From Terriglobia bacterium (lineage in GTDB: Bacteria; Acidobacteriota; Terriglobia; JAJPHL01; JAPKYU01), in contig CBDCVK010000010.1 in the NCBI GenBank assembly GCA_965223005.1, forward strand, positions 608,001 to 672,000: a stretch of DNA of 64,000 nt, read 5' to 3'. Position 1 is the first letter of the stretch. Every line of letters starts with the position of its first letter. The position numbers were made by a program, and so were the translations under genes. A model generated the notes under the pieces. It was given only the letters and a program-made list of their open reading frames with translations, was not told the DNA's origin and did not search any database. This document shows, piece by piece, positions 10,375 through 19,424 of the stretch.

Positions 10375-10624
10375 TGCGCCGCCTCCTTGAGAACCTTCAG
10401 GCCCACAAGACAATGTTGGGAACATCCTTCGTCCGGTCGGGGCCGGGTGAAACCAAGCCGCTCAAGTTGCCAGGGCTCAATCCGACGACGACGGCCGCTG
10501 CCGCCAGAAGCAGCACATTTAAGAAGGCAGATGGCAAGAAAGCGCTTGCCGGAATAGCATCGGCATTTCCACCGACGAACCCGTACACCGGCTGCCGGCC
10601 GGCCGGCGGCTTTACGTGTTTCAC
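10371..10624 (-). pseudogene. Probable internally deleted DUF3142-like gene remnant
   Basis: Hydrophobic segment then PNIVLWA-TGA where LWAW would be expected. Immediately after, another frame reads KVLKEAAQ*, whose TGA overlaps the next ATG. Confidence 0.5.
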
Positions 10625-10752
10625 CCCCGGCCCTGGTCGCACAGGGCCGTTGAACACGGCATAGGACGAAACCGCGACCTGTCGAGCGCGAGAGTAAGAT
10701 GAGGGCACGGGGAAGTCAAGTAAGAATCCGGGCTCCGCTGGGCGGCTCGGCA

Positions 10753-10812
10753 CCCAAAATAGGCCCGGCGGTGCCCAAAATAGGGCAATAATCGGCACCC
10801 ACCCAAAATAGG
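10753..10812 (+). repeat. Three copies of CCCAAAATAGG at the IS left junction
   Basis: Copies at 10753-10763, 10774-10784 and 10802-10812; a fourth, CCCAAAATAG, at 13241-13250. Confidence 0.9.
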
Positions 10813-10813
10813 C

Positions 10814-10842
10814 TTGACAGACCACTGGCAAAGTGGTAACTT
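10814..10842 (+). promoter_or_regulatory. sigma70-type promoter of the transposase (likely leaderless)
   Basis: TTGACA-N17-TAACTT, 6 nt before ATG 10849. Confidence 0.7.
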
Positions 10843-10848
10843 TGGGGC

Positions 10849-11808
10849 ATGGATAGCACCCCAAAGACTTTACAGGAAGCGATTCAACGGTTTGGAACCT
10901 TCGACAACTGCCACAAGTTCATGGTGGCTCTCCGTTGGCCGGATGGCGAGGTCCAGTGCCCGTACTGTGGTTCCGAGAAGGTTACTTACCTAGAGAAGGC
11001 CCGCGTGTGGAAATGCTACATCGGCCATCCCAAGCCGAAGTTCTCGCTGAAGACCGGCACCATTTTCGAGGACAGTCCTATCGGGCTTGAGAAGTGGCTC
11101 CCCGCCGTGTGGCTAATCGTGAATTGCAAGAACGGCATTAGCTCCTACGAGCTTCATCGGGCGTTGGGCGTGACCCAGAAAACCGCGTGGTTCATGCTAC
11201 ATCGTATTCGTCTGGCGATGCAGACCGGCTCGTTCGCCAAGGTGGGCGGCAGCGGAACCGAAGTCGAAGCGGACGAAACTTTCATCGGTGGGAAGTCCCG
11301 CAATATGCACCTGTCTAAGCGGCAACGTCGAATCACTGGAACTGGCGGCAAAGGCAAGGCTATTGCCTTCGGCATTCTTGAGCGTGGCGGCCAGGTTCGG
11401 ACTGCCGTTATTCCGAATCGGCAGAAGGAAACCGTTCAGCCGATCATCAAGAAGCACGTCCAGAGGGACTCGGCCCTGTACACCGATGAGATGCTCGGAT
11501 ACTACGGCCTAGAGAGCGACTTCGCACATCAGGTGATTGACCACGCCGTTGCTTACGTGGACGGTCGCATTCATACCAATGGACTCGAAAACTTCTGGAG
11601 CCTGCTGAAACGTGGAATCAACGGGACCTACGTGAGCCTGGAACCTTTCCACCTGTTCCGGTATCTGGATGAGCAAGCCTTCCGGTACAACAATCGCAAG
11701 GATATGACTGACAGTGACCGCTTCGAGCTTGCGGTTTCTCGAATCGCTGGCAAGCGCCTGACTTATGCCGAAGTCACCGGTAAGGTGGGGCAAACGACGG
11801 TCAACTAG
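10849..11808 (+). CDS. IS1595-family (ISXO2-like) DDE transposase
   Basis: N-terminal CPYCGS..WKC zinc ribbon, HTH (ISSYELHRALGVTQKTAWFM), VEADETFIGGK, YTDE, HTNGLENFWSLLKRG. Confidence 0.95.
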   Translation: MDSTPKTLQEAIQRFGTFDNCHKFMVALRWPDGEVQCPYCGSEKVTYLEKARVWKCYIGHPKPKFSLKTGTIFEDSPIGLEKWLPAVWLIVNCKNGISSYELHRALGVTQKTAWFMLHRIRLAMQTGSFAKVGGSGTEVEADETFIGGKSRNMHLSKRQRRITGTGGKGKAIAFGILERGGQVRTAVIPNRQKETVQPIIKKHVQRDSALYTDEMLGYYGLESDFAHQVIDHAVAYVDGRIHTNGLENFWSLLKRGINGTYVSLEPFHLFRYLDEQAFRYNNRKDMTDSDRFELAVSRIAGKRLTYAEVTGKVGQTTVN

Positions 11809-11975
11809 TGACGGTCGTTTGAAGCGCGGGAAGAAGGCCGCTTAGCCTTGCGGCGCTTCTTCTCCCCTTCGTAGGCGTCCATCTTCACTTTCAATTCATC
11901 GTGGGAAACCGCTAGAAGTCCCTTCATCGTCCTAGTGAATGCGGCCATCCCTGGCGTGTCCGGTTTTGGCTTCAT
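11805..11975 (-). CDS. Small basic protein (56 aa) convergent with the transposase
   Basis: MKPKPDTPGMAAFTRTMKGLLAVSHDELKVKMDAYEGEKKRRKAKR..; its stop overlaps the transposase stop. Confidence 0.55.
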   Translation of the reverse strand: MKPKPDTPGMAAFTRTMKGLLAVSHDELKVKMDAYEGEKKRRKAKRPSSRASNDRH

Positions 11976-12029
11976 GGTCCCAATATGATACTCCACTACT
12001 TTGCGCCGTGTGATATTATGTCGCGCCTG

Positions 12030-12395
12030 GTGGCGTTGAAAACGAGAGGGTTCCTGAGTAACGAGCAGTTGGCCAGGCACTTCAATGAACACGCCGCGGA
12101 CTTTGGCGTATCGAACACAGATGAATACGAGAGGTTGGCAGACGCATTTCTTGCGGGGACAAGGCCGGTGAGCGTCCATGAATGTAGAAGGAAGAAGGGT
12201 GATATAATACGGTATGATCCAAGCACCGAAGCTTATGGAGTTCTTGACAGCAGCAGAATCATACGGACATACTTCAAGCCGGTTCCATGCTCATCGGTGG
12301 CTGTCTCTGTCCTGGCAGCCGTGAGACTGGCGGGGCGGTGCCACCCCCATGCGAACAATTTCCAGTACTTCAAAAGGGAGTGCAGGCGATGGTAA
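12030..12395 (+). CDS. Stand-alone polymorphic-toxin-like domain (putative RNase)
   Basis: GF..LARHFNEHAADFG..EYERLADAFL..YDPSTEAYGV..IIRTYFKP resembles C-terminal toxin tips of Rhs/CdiA-type proteins. Start uncertain (12018 or 12030). Confidence 0.6.
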   Translation: MALKTRGFLSNEQLARHFNEHAADFGVSNTDEYERLADAFLAGTRPVSVHECRRKKGDIIRYDPSTEAYGVLDSSRIIRTYFKPVPCSSVAVSVLAAVRLAGRCHPHANNFQYFKRECRRW

Positions 12396-12772
12396 CCAAC
12401 CTTGAAAATCTCTGCCTAGTGTGCGGTTACGAGATGGAGGAACCACCTCGGGACTACAATATCTGTCCATCATGCGGGACATTTGGCGTTCACGATGTCA
12501 ACGCTCCAATCGAAGACTTGCGGGCCGCGTGGATTCAAAGTGGCCCCCGGTGGTGGAGCACCTCTGATCCGCAACCAGAGAGCTGGAACCCACTTGCGCA
12601 ACTAGAGAAGGTAGCGGCCCCTATCGCCAGCGCGTCCGTGTTTCTAAGCTGGGGCGGCCCTCGGCATATCGTCGTCTCAAGTTCTGGGATTGCGATCAAT
12701 TCACCGACAGCGAATTGGCTCAAGGATTGGCCTGACCATGTATCTGGCCAACTCGTTGGTAGACAATTCTGA
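12389..12772 (+). CDS. Cys-rich putative immunity protein (CPCC-like)
   Basis: CLVCGY..ICPSCG.FG..LRAAWIQSG.RWWS...PESWNPLAQL. ATG overlaps the toxin 3' end; AGGGAG RBS. Confidence 0.62.
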   Translation: MVTNLENLCLVCGYEMEEPPRDYNICPSCGTFGVHDVNAPIEDLRAAWIQSGPRWWSTSDPQPESWNPLAQLEKVAAPIASASVFLSWGGPRHIVVSSSGIAINSPTANWLKDWPDHVSGQLVGRQF

Positions 12773-13157
12773 GCGGCATCTTTGTGACGGCCTGACCATC
12801 GACGGCTACGTCGAACCAGTACAGTCCATCCTCTTGAACTGGGAATCCCAGTGGCGCTACGACGCCAGTACCGCGATCCTCGTCCCCCTCGAAAAACACA
12901 GGGAACGCGATAGTAGGCATCAGTTCCCCTGAAGGCTTAGTCGGGGTGATTGTGATTTGCGCAGAACCTCTATGAATCCCGGCCTTCATCAGAACTACGA
13001 GATATGCTTGGATGAGAGTCGGCGGCATTGTTTCGGTCGGTCCAGTGACATTCCACCTGTCTACCATCCGAATGAAACTCAACACGCCGTCCTTTTCATG
13101 GAGAGCCTTTTCACAGAAGAAGGCTGCAACGAGATACGGTCCACCCATTACAGGCAT
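12720..13157 (-). CDS. DUF6941-like hypothetical protein
   Basis: GPYLVAAFFCEKALHEKDGVLSFIRMVD..GLYWFDVAVDG pattern; TATCAT 8 nt upstream of ATG. Confidence 0.6.
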   Translation of the reverse strand: MPVMGGPYLVAAFFCEKALHEKDGVLSFIRMVDRWNVTGPTETMPPTLIQAYLVVLMKAGIHRGSAQITITPTKPSGELMPTIAFPVFFEGDEDRGTGVVAPLGFPVQEDGLYWFDVAVDGQAVTKMPLRIVYQRVGQIHGQANP

Positions 13158-13273
13158 AGCGAATGATGATACAGGACTTCAGTAGATCAGGCCAACACTG
13201 ATCCTAACCGAGCCTTGACGGTCTGTCAAGTATATTATTGCCCAAAATAGACCCGAATGCCGGGGCTAGCCTT

Positions 13274-13918
13274 TTAGCTGGAGCCAAGGGGAAGGAAGTA
13301 CTGCGTGCCCACTACCGGCTGTGTGAGCCGCTGCAATAGCTCCTCAAGTTCGTTGCGGTTCGCGACAAAATCAATCTCGCTGGTATTGATCACCAGCAGC
13401 TTCGACGCCTTGTAGTGGAAAAAGAAATGCTCGTAGGCCTTCACCACCGCCTCCAGGTATTCCAGTGAGATCTCGGTTTCCAGCGGCGAATTCTTGCGCG
13501 CGATGCGCCGGAGGAGCACTTCAGGAGTCGCCTGAAGATAGATCACCAAGTCGGGCGGGGGGACCTGCGGGCGGAGCAGTTCATAATACGTGTCATAGAG
13601 GCGGAGCTCATCGTCACTAAGATTGATATAGGCGAAGATTTTGTCCTTCTCGAATAGGTAGTCGGCCACCACTGTGGCATGTGGATTTTCCAGACCGAGG
13701 GCGCGCAGTTGCTGGAAGCGCTGGATGAGAAACCACATCTGTGCCCTGAAGGCAGCCCCGGGCTGCTCCTGGTAGAACTCTGCCAGAAATGGGTTCTCTT
13801 CGGAATCCAGCAACGTGCGCGCGTGCAGCCGGTCGGCCAGCAGCCGTGCCAGTGTCGTCTTGCCTACCCGGATTGGTCCTTCAATAGCGATCTGGTTTGG
13901 CGGGTGGTAATCGGCCAT
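13274..13918 (-). CDS. Deoxynucleoside kinase
   Basis: IAIEGPIRVGKTT P-loop, PDLVIYLQA; adjacent to folK. Confidence 0.9.
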   Translation of the reverse strand: MADYHPPNQIAIEGPIRVGKTTLARLLADRLHARTLLDSEENPFLAEFYQEQPGAAFRAQMWFLIQRFQQLRALGLENPHATVVADYLFEKDKIFAYINLSDDELRLYDTYYELLRPQVPPPDLVIYLQATPEVLLRRIARKNSPLETEISLEYLEAVVKAYEHFFFHYKASKLLVINTSEIDFVANRNELEELLQRLTQPVVGTQYFLPLGSS

Positions 13919-13951
13919 GTCTTACAGGCTCCCAGACGTACAGGCGACCTT

Positions 13952-14464
13952 CTAGGGCGCCATCCCCGGCAGGCTAACGCTACGCAGACGGCGGACCCGG
14001 CCGCGGTCCGCCGCGGCGGCCAGCAGCTCGGTGACGGTTCGCTGGCTGACCGGGTGCCGCAGCCCCGCGGCCAGGTCACGCAATGGTTCCAGTACAAAGC
14101 GGCGCTCTGCCAGCTGCGGGTGCGGGATGGTCAGCTCGCTGGTGCGCATGACGTGGTTCTGGTACAGCAGGATGTCAATGTCAATGGTGCGCGGTCCTCG
14201 CCGAACGCCGCGCCGGCGTCCCAATTGCCTTTCAATCCGCTGCAGTTGGCGCAACAGTTGCCGCGGCATGTACTCGGTTTCCACCTCCGCCACGCAATTC
14301 AAGAACCAGGGTTGCGCGGTGTAGTCCACTGGCTGCGTGTGATAGAGGGCCGAGACCCGGTGCACCCGGATTGCTGCGGCCTGCATCTCCTCCAGCGCGC
14401 GCGCCAGGTAGGCCCGCCGATCACCCAGATTGGAACCCAGACAGAGGTAGACTCGTTTCTTCAC
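13952..14464 (-). CDS. folK: 2-amino-4-hydroxy-6-hydroxymethyldihydropteridine diphosphokinase
   Basis: LGSNLGDR, FLN, GPRTIDIDILLY, IPHP motifs. Confidence 0.95.
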   Translation of the reverse strand: MKKRVYLCLGSNLGDRRAYLARALEEMQAAAIRVHRVSALYHTQPVDYTAQPWFLNCVAEVETEYMPRQLLRQLQRIERQLGRRRGVRRGPRTIDIDILLYQNHVMRTSELTIPHPQLAERRFVLEPLRDLAAGLRHPVSQRTVTELLAAAADRGRVRRLRSVSLPGMAP

Positions 14465-14580
14465 ACTCCACTTGCTATAGGGCAGCTCACCGCTGTCTGC
14501 ACCTCTTACACAGGCGGTGGAAACGTCTGGGCTGACCGTCGGCCGACCTCTCAGAACAGCTCAGAACAGGGCATAACAGA

Positions 14581-15606
14581 TCAGAACAGCGCTGGCTGGC
14601 CCGACCGGCCCTCCGCCTTCTTATTGAGGTGCTGGTAGGCAAGCGCGGTGGCCACGCGCCCCCGCGGCGTGCGGTCCAGGAAGCCGGATTGGATCAGGAA
14701 CGGCTCGTAGATCTCCTCAATGGCATCCACCTCTTCGCTGATGGAAGCGGCGATGGTATTGACTCCCACCGGGCCGCCGCCGTACTTCTCGATGATCGTC
14801 AGCAGCAACTTGCGGTCGATCTCGTCGAAGCCTAGCGGGTCCACCTGGAGCAGCTCCAGGGCCTCGCGGGCCACCGGGCCGGTGATGCGGCCCTGGGCGC
14901 GCACCTGGGCATAATCGCGCACACGGCGCAGCAGGCGGTTGGCGATGCGCGGAGTTCCTCGACTCCGCCGCGCGAGCTCCTCGGCGCCCTCTTCCTCCAG
15001 TTCCACCTTCAGGATGGCCGCCGAACGCTTCACAATCGTCCGCAGATCCTCCGGTGTATAGAAGTCCAGGTGAAGGATGATGCCGAAGCGTGAGCGCAGC
15101 GCCCCGGTAAGCAACCCGGCCCGCGTCGTGGCGCCCACAAAGGTGAACCGGGCCAGGCCCAGCGAGTGCATGCGCGCCCCCGGCCCCTGCCCAATCACGA
15201 TGTCCACTCGGAAGTCCTCCAGCGCCGCGTAGAGAATCTCCTCAATCTCCGGCTGCAGGCGGTGCACTTCATCCACGAACAGGACCTGGCGCTCGGTCAC
15301 GTTGGTCAGGATGGCTGTCAGGTCGCCTTTGATCTGAATCACCGGACCCGAAGTCTGCTGGAAGCGCGCCGCCAGCTCGTTGGCGACAATGGCTGCCAGA
15401 GTCGTCTTGCCCAGGCCCGGTGGGCCGTAGAGCAGAACGTGGTCCAGCGCCTCGCCGCGCGCGCAGGCGGCTTGAATGGCGATGCCCAGGTTGTCCTTCA
15501 CCTGCTGCTGGCCGACAAACTCCTCCAATCGGCGCGGACGCAGGTGGGATTCAAAGCTGTGCTCCCCCTCCAGCGCCTCTCCCACTATCAAGCGCTTTGC
15601 AGTCAC
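14581..15606 (-). CDS. ruvB: Holliday junction branch migration ATPase RuvB
   Basis: [54 protein letters not shown]. Confidence 0.97.
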   Translation of the reverse strand: MTAKRLIVGEALEGEHSFESHLRPRRLEEFVGQQQVKDNLGIAIQAACARGEALDHVLLYGPPGLGKTTLAAIVANELAARFQQTSGPVIQIKGDLTAILTNVTERQVLFVDEVHRLQPEIEEILYAALEDFRVDIVIGQGPGARMHSLGLARFTFVGATTRAGLLTGALRSRFGIILHLDFYTPEDLRTIVKRSAAILKVELEEEGAEELARRSRGTPRIANRLLRRVRDYAQVRAQGRITGPVAREALELLQVDPLGFDEIDRKLLLTIIEKYGGGPVGVNTIAASISEEVDAIEEIYEPFLIQSGFLDRTPRGRVATALAYQHLNKKAEGRSGQPALF

Positions 15607-16193
15607 GGCCTCACCAGCAAGTGCAGAGCTCGTTTCAACAACTGATCAAAATGCGCGGCGCCGTCCTGGGCGACGGCCTGCCCGACTGCTTTCTCGGCCG
15701 CGGCCCGCGGGTAGCCCAGGTTGAGCAGAGCCGACAGCACATCTTCCTGAACCGGAGGCAGCCCCGGGCGAGCTGCCGGCTCAGCTTCGGCCCCGGCCAC
15801 CTTGTCGCGTAGCTCCACCACGATGCGCTCGGCGGTCTTGCGGCCCACCCCGGGGATGTGGCTCAACTTCAGCAAGTCGTTTTGGCGAATGGCCGGCACC
15901 AGCTCCTGCACCTCCAAGCCCGAGAGAATAGTGATGGCCAGCCGCGGCCCGATGCCGCTAACGCTGAGCAGCTTCTCAAACATTTGTTTCTCACCCAGGC
16001 TGCGAAAGCCATAGAGCGCCAGCGCACCTTCGCGCACGTGCGTGTGGATGTGCAGTTGCGCTTCGGCAGGCGGGTCAGGCACCAGGTAATAGGTGGAGAC
16101 CGGAATGTTCACGTCGTAGCCGACTCCCTGCACATCCAGGATCACCTGGCTGGGCCGTTTCTCCAAAACCCGTCCCCGTAGAAATCCAATCAT
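15603..16193 (-). CDS. ruvA: Holliday junction branch migration protein RuvA
   Basis: [33 protein letters not shown]. Confidence 0.96.
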   Translation of the reverse strand: MIGFLRGRVLEKRPSQVILDVQGVGYDVNIPVSTYYLVPDPPAEAQLHIHTHVREGALALYGFRSLGEKQMFEKLLSVSGIGPRLAITILSGLEVQELVPAIRQNDLLKLSHIPGVGRKTAERIVVELRDKVAGAEAEPAARPGLPPVQEDVLSALLNLGYPRAAAEKAVGQAVAQDGAAHFDQLLKRALHLLVRP

Positions 16194-16197
16194 GAAA

Positions 16198-16315
16198 AGG
16201 TGCCAAGTCTCATGTTTCAGATGTCAGGTTAGTCCCCTCCAGCCCACCGGTCAATCCCGCCGGCATCGAGATGACAGACAAATAACTGACACCTGGCACC
16301 TGAAGCCGAAAACCT
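16198..16315. repeat. Degenerate heptamer tandem repeats arranged as inverted arms
   Basis: AGGTGCC-AAGTCTC-ATGTTTC-AGATGTC-AGGTT is mirrored by TGACACC-TGGCACC-TGAAGCC-GAAAACC. Confidence 0.6.
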
Positions 16316-16318
16316 GTG

Positions 16319-18949
16319 TCATTTGGCGTCGCGCCAGTTGTCGCCCACGCCGACGTCGGCCACCAGGGGCACCGAAAGGGCTGCGACTTGCTCCATTGCC
16401 CGCTTCACCAAGCTGCGCGCGGCTTCTACCTCCTCAGGCGGCGATTCCAGCAACAGCTCGTCGTGGACCTGAAGCAGCATCCGCGCACGCAGCCCCTGGC
16501 CTGCCAGCTCGTCGCGGATGCGGATCATCGCCACCTTGATCAGGTCAGCGGCGGTACCTTGCAGCGGAGTGTTAATGGCGGTCCGCTCGGCAAAGCCACG
16601 CTGCTGCGCGTTGCGGCTGTTGATTTCCGGGATCGGTCGCAGCCGGCCGTACAGCGTCCGCACAACACCCGAGCGACGCACCTCTTCCAGGCATTTATCA
16701 ATGTAGCGGCGAACGCCGGCGTAAGTGGCGAAGTAATGGTCAATGAACTGCTGCGCCTCCGACTGCTCGATTCCAAGCTGCTGCGAGAGGCCAAATGCGC
16801 TGAGGCCGTAAACGATGCCGAAATTGACAGCCTTGGCGCGACGGCGGTGCTCGCCGGTCTGCAACAGAGGCGGCACGCCGAACACCAGCTCGGCGGTTCG
16901 CGAATGGATGTCCTGATTTTGACGGAAGGCTTCCAGCAGCACCGGGTCCTGGGAGAAGTGGGCCAGCAAGCGCAGCTCGATCTGCGAGTAGTCGGCCGAG
17001 AGAATCTTCCATCCCGGCTCGGGTAGGAACGCAGCGCGAATCCGCCGTCCCAGTTCGGTGCGAATGGGAATGTTCTGCAAGTTCGGGTCGCGCGAGGAGA
17101 GCCGGCCGGTGGCCGTGCCCGCCTGGTCGAACGTGGTGTGGATGCGGCCGGTGCGCGGGTTCACCAGCTTGGGCAGCGCGTCGATGTAGGTGTTCTTCAG
17201 CTTGGTGAGCTGGCGAAATTCCAGCACCTTCCGCGGCACTTCGTGCGCCTCGGCCAGCTCTTCCAGCACGTCCACGGCGGTCGAGTAGACCTTGCCCTTG
17301 CCGTACTTGCGCGGCGCCGGCAGCTTGAGCTGTTCGAACAGCACCTTGGCGAGCTGCTGTGGAGAATTAATGTTGAATTCGGCACCGCTGAGTTTATGAA
17401 TTTCCGCCGTCAGCGTCTCAATCTGCCGGGCCAGTTGTTTGGAAAGCTCGGCCAGTTGGCGCGTATCCACACGCACGCCCACCTCTTCCATCTTGGCCAG
17501 CACCGGCGTCAGAGGCAGCTCGATTTCCTCGTAGACTGGCCGGAGACCGGCCTGCTCCACCTCCGGGGCCAGCAAGCGGGCAAGCTGGCCCAATACGTCG
17601 GCACGCTCCGCCGGGCTGCCGCTCAGGCGCGCGCCGAAACGACGCTTGGCCACCTCTTCCAGCGTGTAGTTGCCCTGGGCGGGATCCAGCAAGTAGGAAT
17701 AGAGCAGCGTGTCATCGCGCACCCCGCGCAGCGCCATGCCCCGCGCGCGCAAGGCGTGGATCGCCGCTTTGGCGTCACACACCGCCTTGAACCTCTCATC
17801 TGATTCCAGCCAGGCTCGAGCGGCGGGAAGCAGCCGCTCGGGGATCATCCGTGCCAGGCCGGCCTGGGGCGAGACCGCAAGCCCCGGACCGAACCGGATC
17901 TGGCCTTCCTCACCGGCTTCCAGGGCCAGCGGCAGCGCTACTTCCAGCGCAACTTCGAGCGCAGATGGCAGCGCGGTCCCAGCGGGCAGCTTCTGAAGAA
18001 ACTCGGCCACCTCCGCCTCACTCGAAAGTTCAGAGTGATCTCTCTCCCGGACCTCGAGCGCCGGCAACAACTCCTGCGCCAGGCTGTGCAATTCCAGTTC
18101 CTTGTAGAGCTGCTGGAGGGCAACCTTGTCGGGAGGCCGAGTGGCGATGGCCTCCAGCTCCAGGCTGACTGGCACAGCCGTCTCAATCGTGGCCAGCTTC
18201 TTGCTGAGCAGGATCTGGTCGCGATACTTCTCGAGGGACTCGCGGTAGGTCTTTCGCCCCACCTCCTTGGCACGCTGCAGAGCCTCCTCCACCGAGCCGA
18301 AGTGCTGGATCAGCTCGCGCGAGCCCTTCTCGCCGATTCCCGGTGCCCCGGGGATGTTGTCGATGGCATCGCCGCGCAGGGCCATCACGTCCGGTACCCG
18401 CCAGGGGGGCACGCCCAGCAACTCCTCGACCTTGGCCGCATCGCAAACCAGATCGTCTTTGGTGGGAATCAGGACGCGGACCAAGCCGGGGCTCTCTCCT
18501 CCGTTGGAGGTGACCAGTTGCAGCATGTCTTTGTCGCTGGAGACGATAGTGACCTCCAGCCCGGCCTGCGCCCCCTGCACCGCCAGCGCCCCGATCAGGT
18601 CGTCAGCTTCGTAGCCGGCAAACTCCAGGATGGGAATGTGCAGCGCTTCCAGCAGCCGCCGGATGTAGGGAATCTGTTGCACCAGTTCGGAAGGCATTTC
18701 AGCCCGGTTGGCTTTGTAGTCAGCAAACAGCGCGTCACGGAAGGTAGGCGCGGCTACGTCAAACACACCCGTGACGTAATCGGGCTGATGCGCCGCCAGT
18801 AGCTTGCGAAGCATGTTGTGGAGCACGAAGACCGCTCCCGTAGGCAAGCCCGCGCGCGTGTAGAAGCGTTGTGTCTGTGGCTGGTGGTAGGCCCGGAAAA
18901 TGTAGTTCATCGAGTCGATCAGGAACAGCCGCCTACGACTCGCTTCCAT
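16319..18949 (-). CDS. polA: DNA polymerase I
   Basis: 5'-3' exonuclease domain (YEADD, DNIPG) and polymerase motifs TGRLSS.DPNLQNIP, ADYSQIELR, KAVNFGIVYG, QVHDEL. Confidence 0.97.
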   Translation of the reverse strand: MEASRRRLFLIDSMNYIFRAYHQPQTQRFYTRAGLPTGAVFVLHNMLRKLLAAHQPDYVTGVFDVAAPTFRDALFADYKANRAEMPSELVQQIPYIRRLLEALHIPILEFAGYEADDLIGALAVQGAQAGLEVTIVSSDKDMLQLVTSNGGESPGLVRVLIPTKDDLVCDAAKVEELLGVPPWRVPDVMALRGDAIDNIPGAPGIGEKGSRELIQHFGSVEEALQRAKEVGRKTYRESLEKYRDQILLSKKLATIETAVPVSLELEAIATRPPDKVALQQLYKELELHSLAQELLPALEVRERDHSELSSEAEVAEFLQKLPAGTALPSALEVALEVALPLALEAGEEGQIRFGPGLAVSPQAGLARMIPERLLPAARAWLESDERFKAVCDAKAAIHALRARGMALRGVRDDTLLYSYLLDPAQGNYTLEEVAKRRFGARLSGSPAERADVLGQLARLLAPEVEQAGLRPVYEEIELPLTPVLAKMEEVGVRVDTRQLAELSKQLARQIETLTAEIHKLSGAEFNINSPQQLAKVLFEQLKLPAPRKYGKGKVYSTAVDVLEELAEAHEVPRKVLEFRQLTKLKNTYIDALPKLVNPRTGRIHTTFDQAGTATGRLSSRDPNLQNIPIRTELGRRIRAAFLPEPGWKILSADYSQIELRLLAHFSQDPVLLEAFRQNQDIHSRTAELVFGVPPLLQTGEHRRRAKAVNFGIVYGLSAFGLSQQLGIEQSEAQQFIDHYFATYAGVRRYIDKCLEEVRRSGVVRTLYGRLRPIPEINSRNAQQRGFAERTAINTPLQGTAADLIKVAMIRIRDELAGQGLRARMLLQVHDELLLESPPEEVEAARSLVKRAMEQVAALSVPLVADVGVGDNWRDAK

Positions 18950-19010
18950 GCGGAAATTCTAGCACGCCGACACGCAGGACTCCGGTTGACGGCGGCAGAG
19001 GACAGATCGC

Positions 19011-19424
19011 ATGCTCGCAGCCGCGATGGACGGTGAAACCACGCCCGCGCCTGGAACTCCGACGAACCTTCCCGCGGTGCGCATCATCTACTTTGCGCTC
19101 GTGGGCGCCGTGTTGATCTATGGCGGGCTCATCCAAATGGTCCTACCGCCGGGGGGTGCGAAAGTCCCCTACCCGGTGGGGGAAGTGATTCTGGGCGTGG
19201 CGTTGCTGACCGCGGCGGCAGCGCTGTTCGTACGCTACCGCCTGGCAGCCGCAGCGACTCCGGTTCGCGCGCTCAATCTCTATGTACTCAGCTTTGCCCT
19301 TTCGGAAGCCCCGGCCATCTTCGGCCTGGTGCTGCACTTCCTGGGCGGCAGCCGCGGGGTGGCTTTTGGCTTGGTTTTCACTTCTCTCGCGGTACTCTTC
19401 CTTTGTTACCCGCGCAGGGCCTAG
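19011..19424 (+). CDS. Hypothetical membrane protein (about 4 TM)
   Basis: Hydrophobic ORF with ALSEAPAIFGLV motif; GAGGA upstream. Confidence 0.65.
   Translation: MLAAAMDGETTPAPGTPTNLPAVRIIYFALVGAVLIYGGLIQMVLPPGGAKVPYPVGEVILGVALLTAAAALFVRYRLAAAATPVRALNLYVLSFALSEAPAIFGLVLHFLGGSRGVAFGLVFTSLAVLFLCYPRRA

Larger units (their letters stand above)
10784..13242 (+). mobile_element. IS1595-family insertion sequence with passenger genes
   Basis: Right IR GGTCTGTCAAGTATATTATTGCC (13220-13242). Interrupted left IR GGCAATAAT..CTTGACAGACC (10784-10823). 8-bp direct repeat CAAAATAG at 10776-10783 and 13243-13250. Lower GC than flanks. Confidence 0.88.

Noticed and set aside
10748-10812. CCCAAAATAGG repeats as a mini-CRISPR array
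   Set aside because: Repeats are only 11 bp with 10-17-bp gaps, there are no cas genes, and the sequence matches the IS target duplication
14550-14590. TCAGAACAG repeats downstream of ruvB as a LexA (GTTC-N7-GTTC type) box
   Set aside because: GAAC spacing is 6 rather than 7, and the site is 3' of ruvB. It is more likely a local duplication of the gene end
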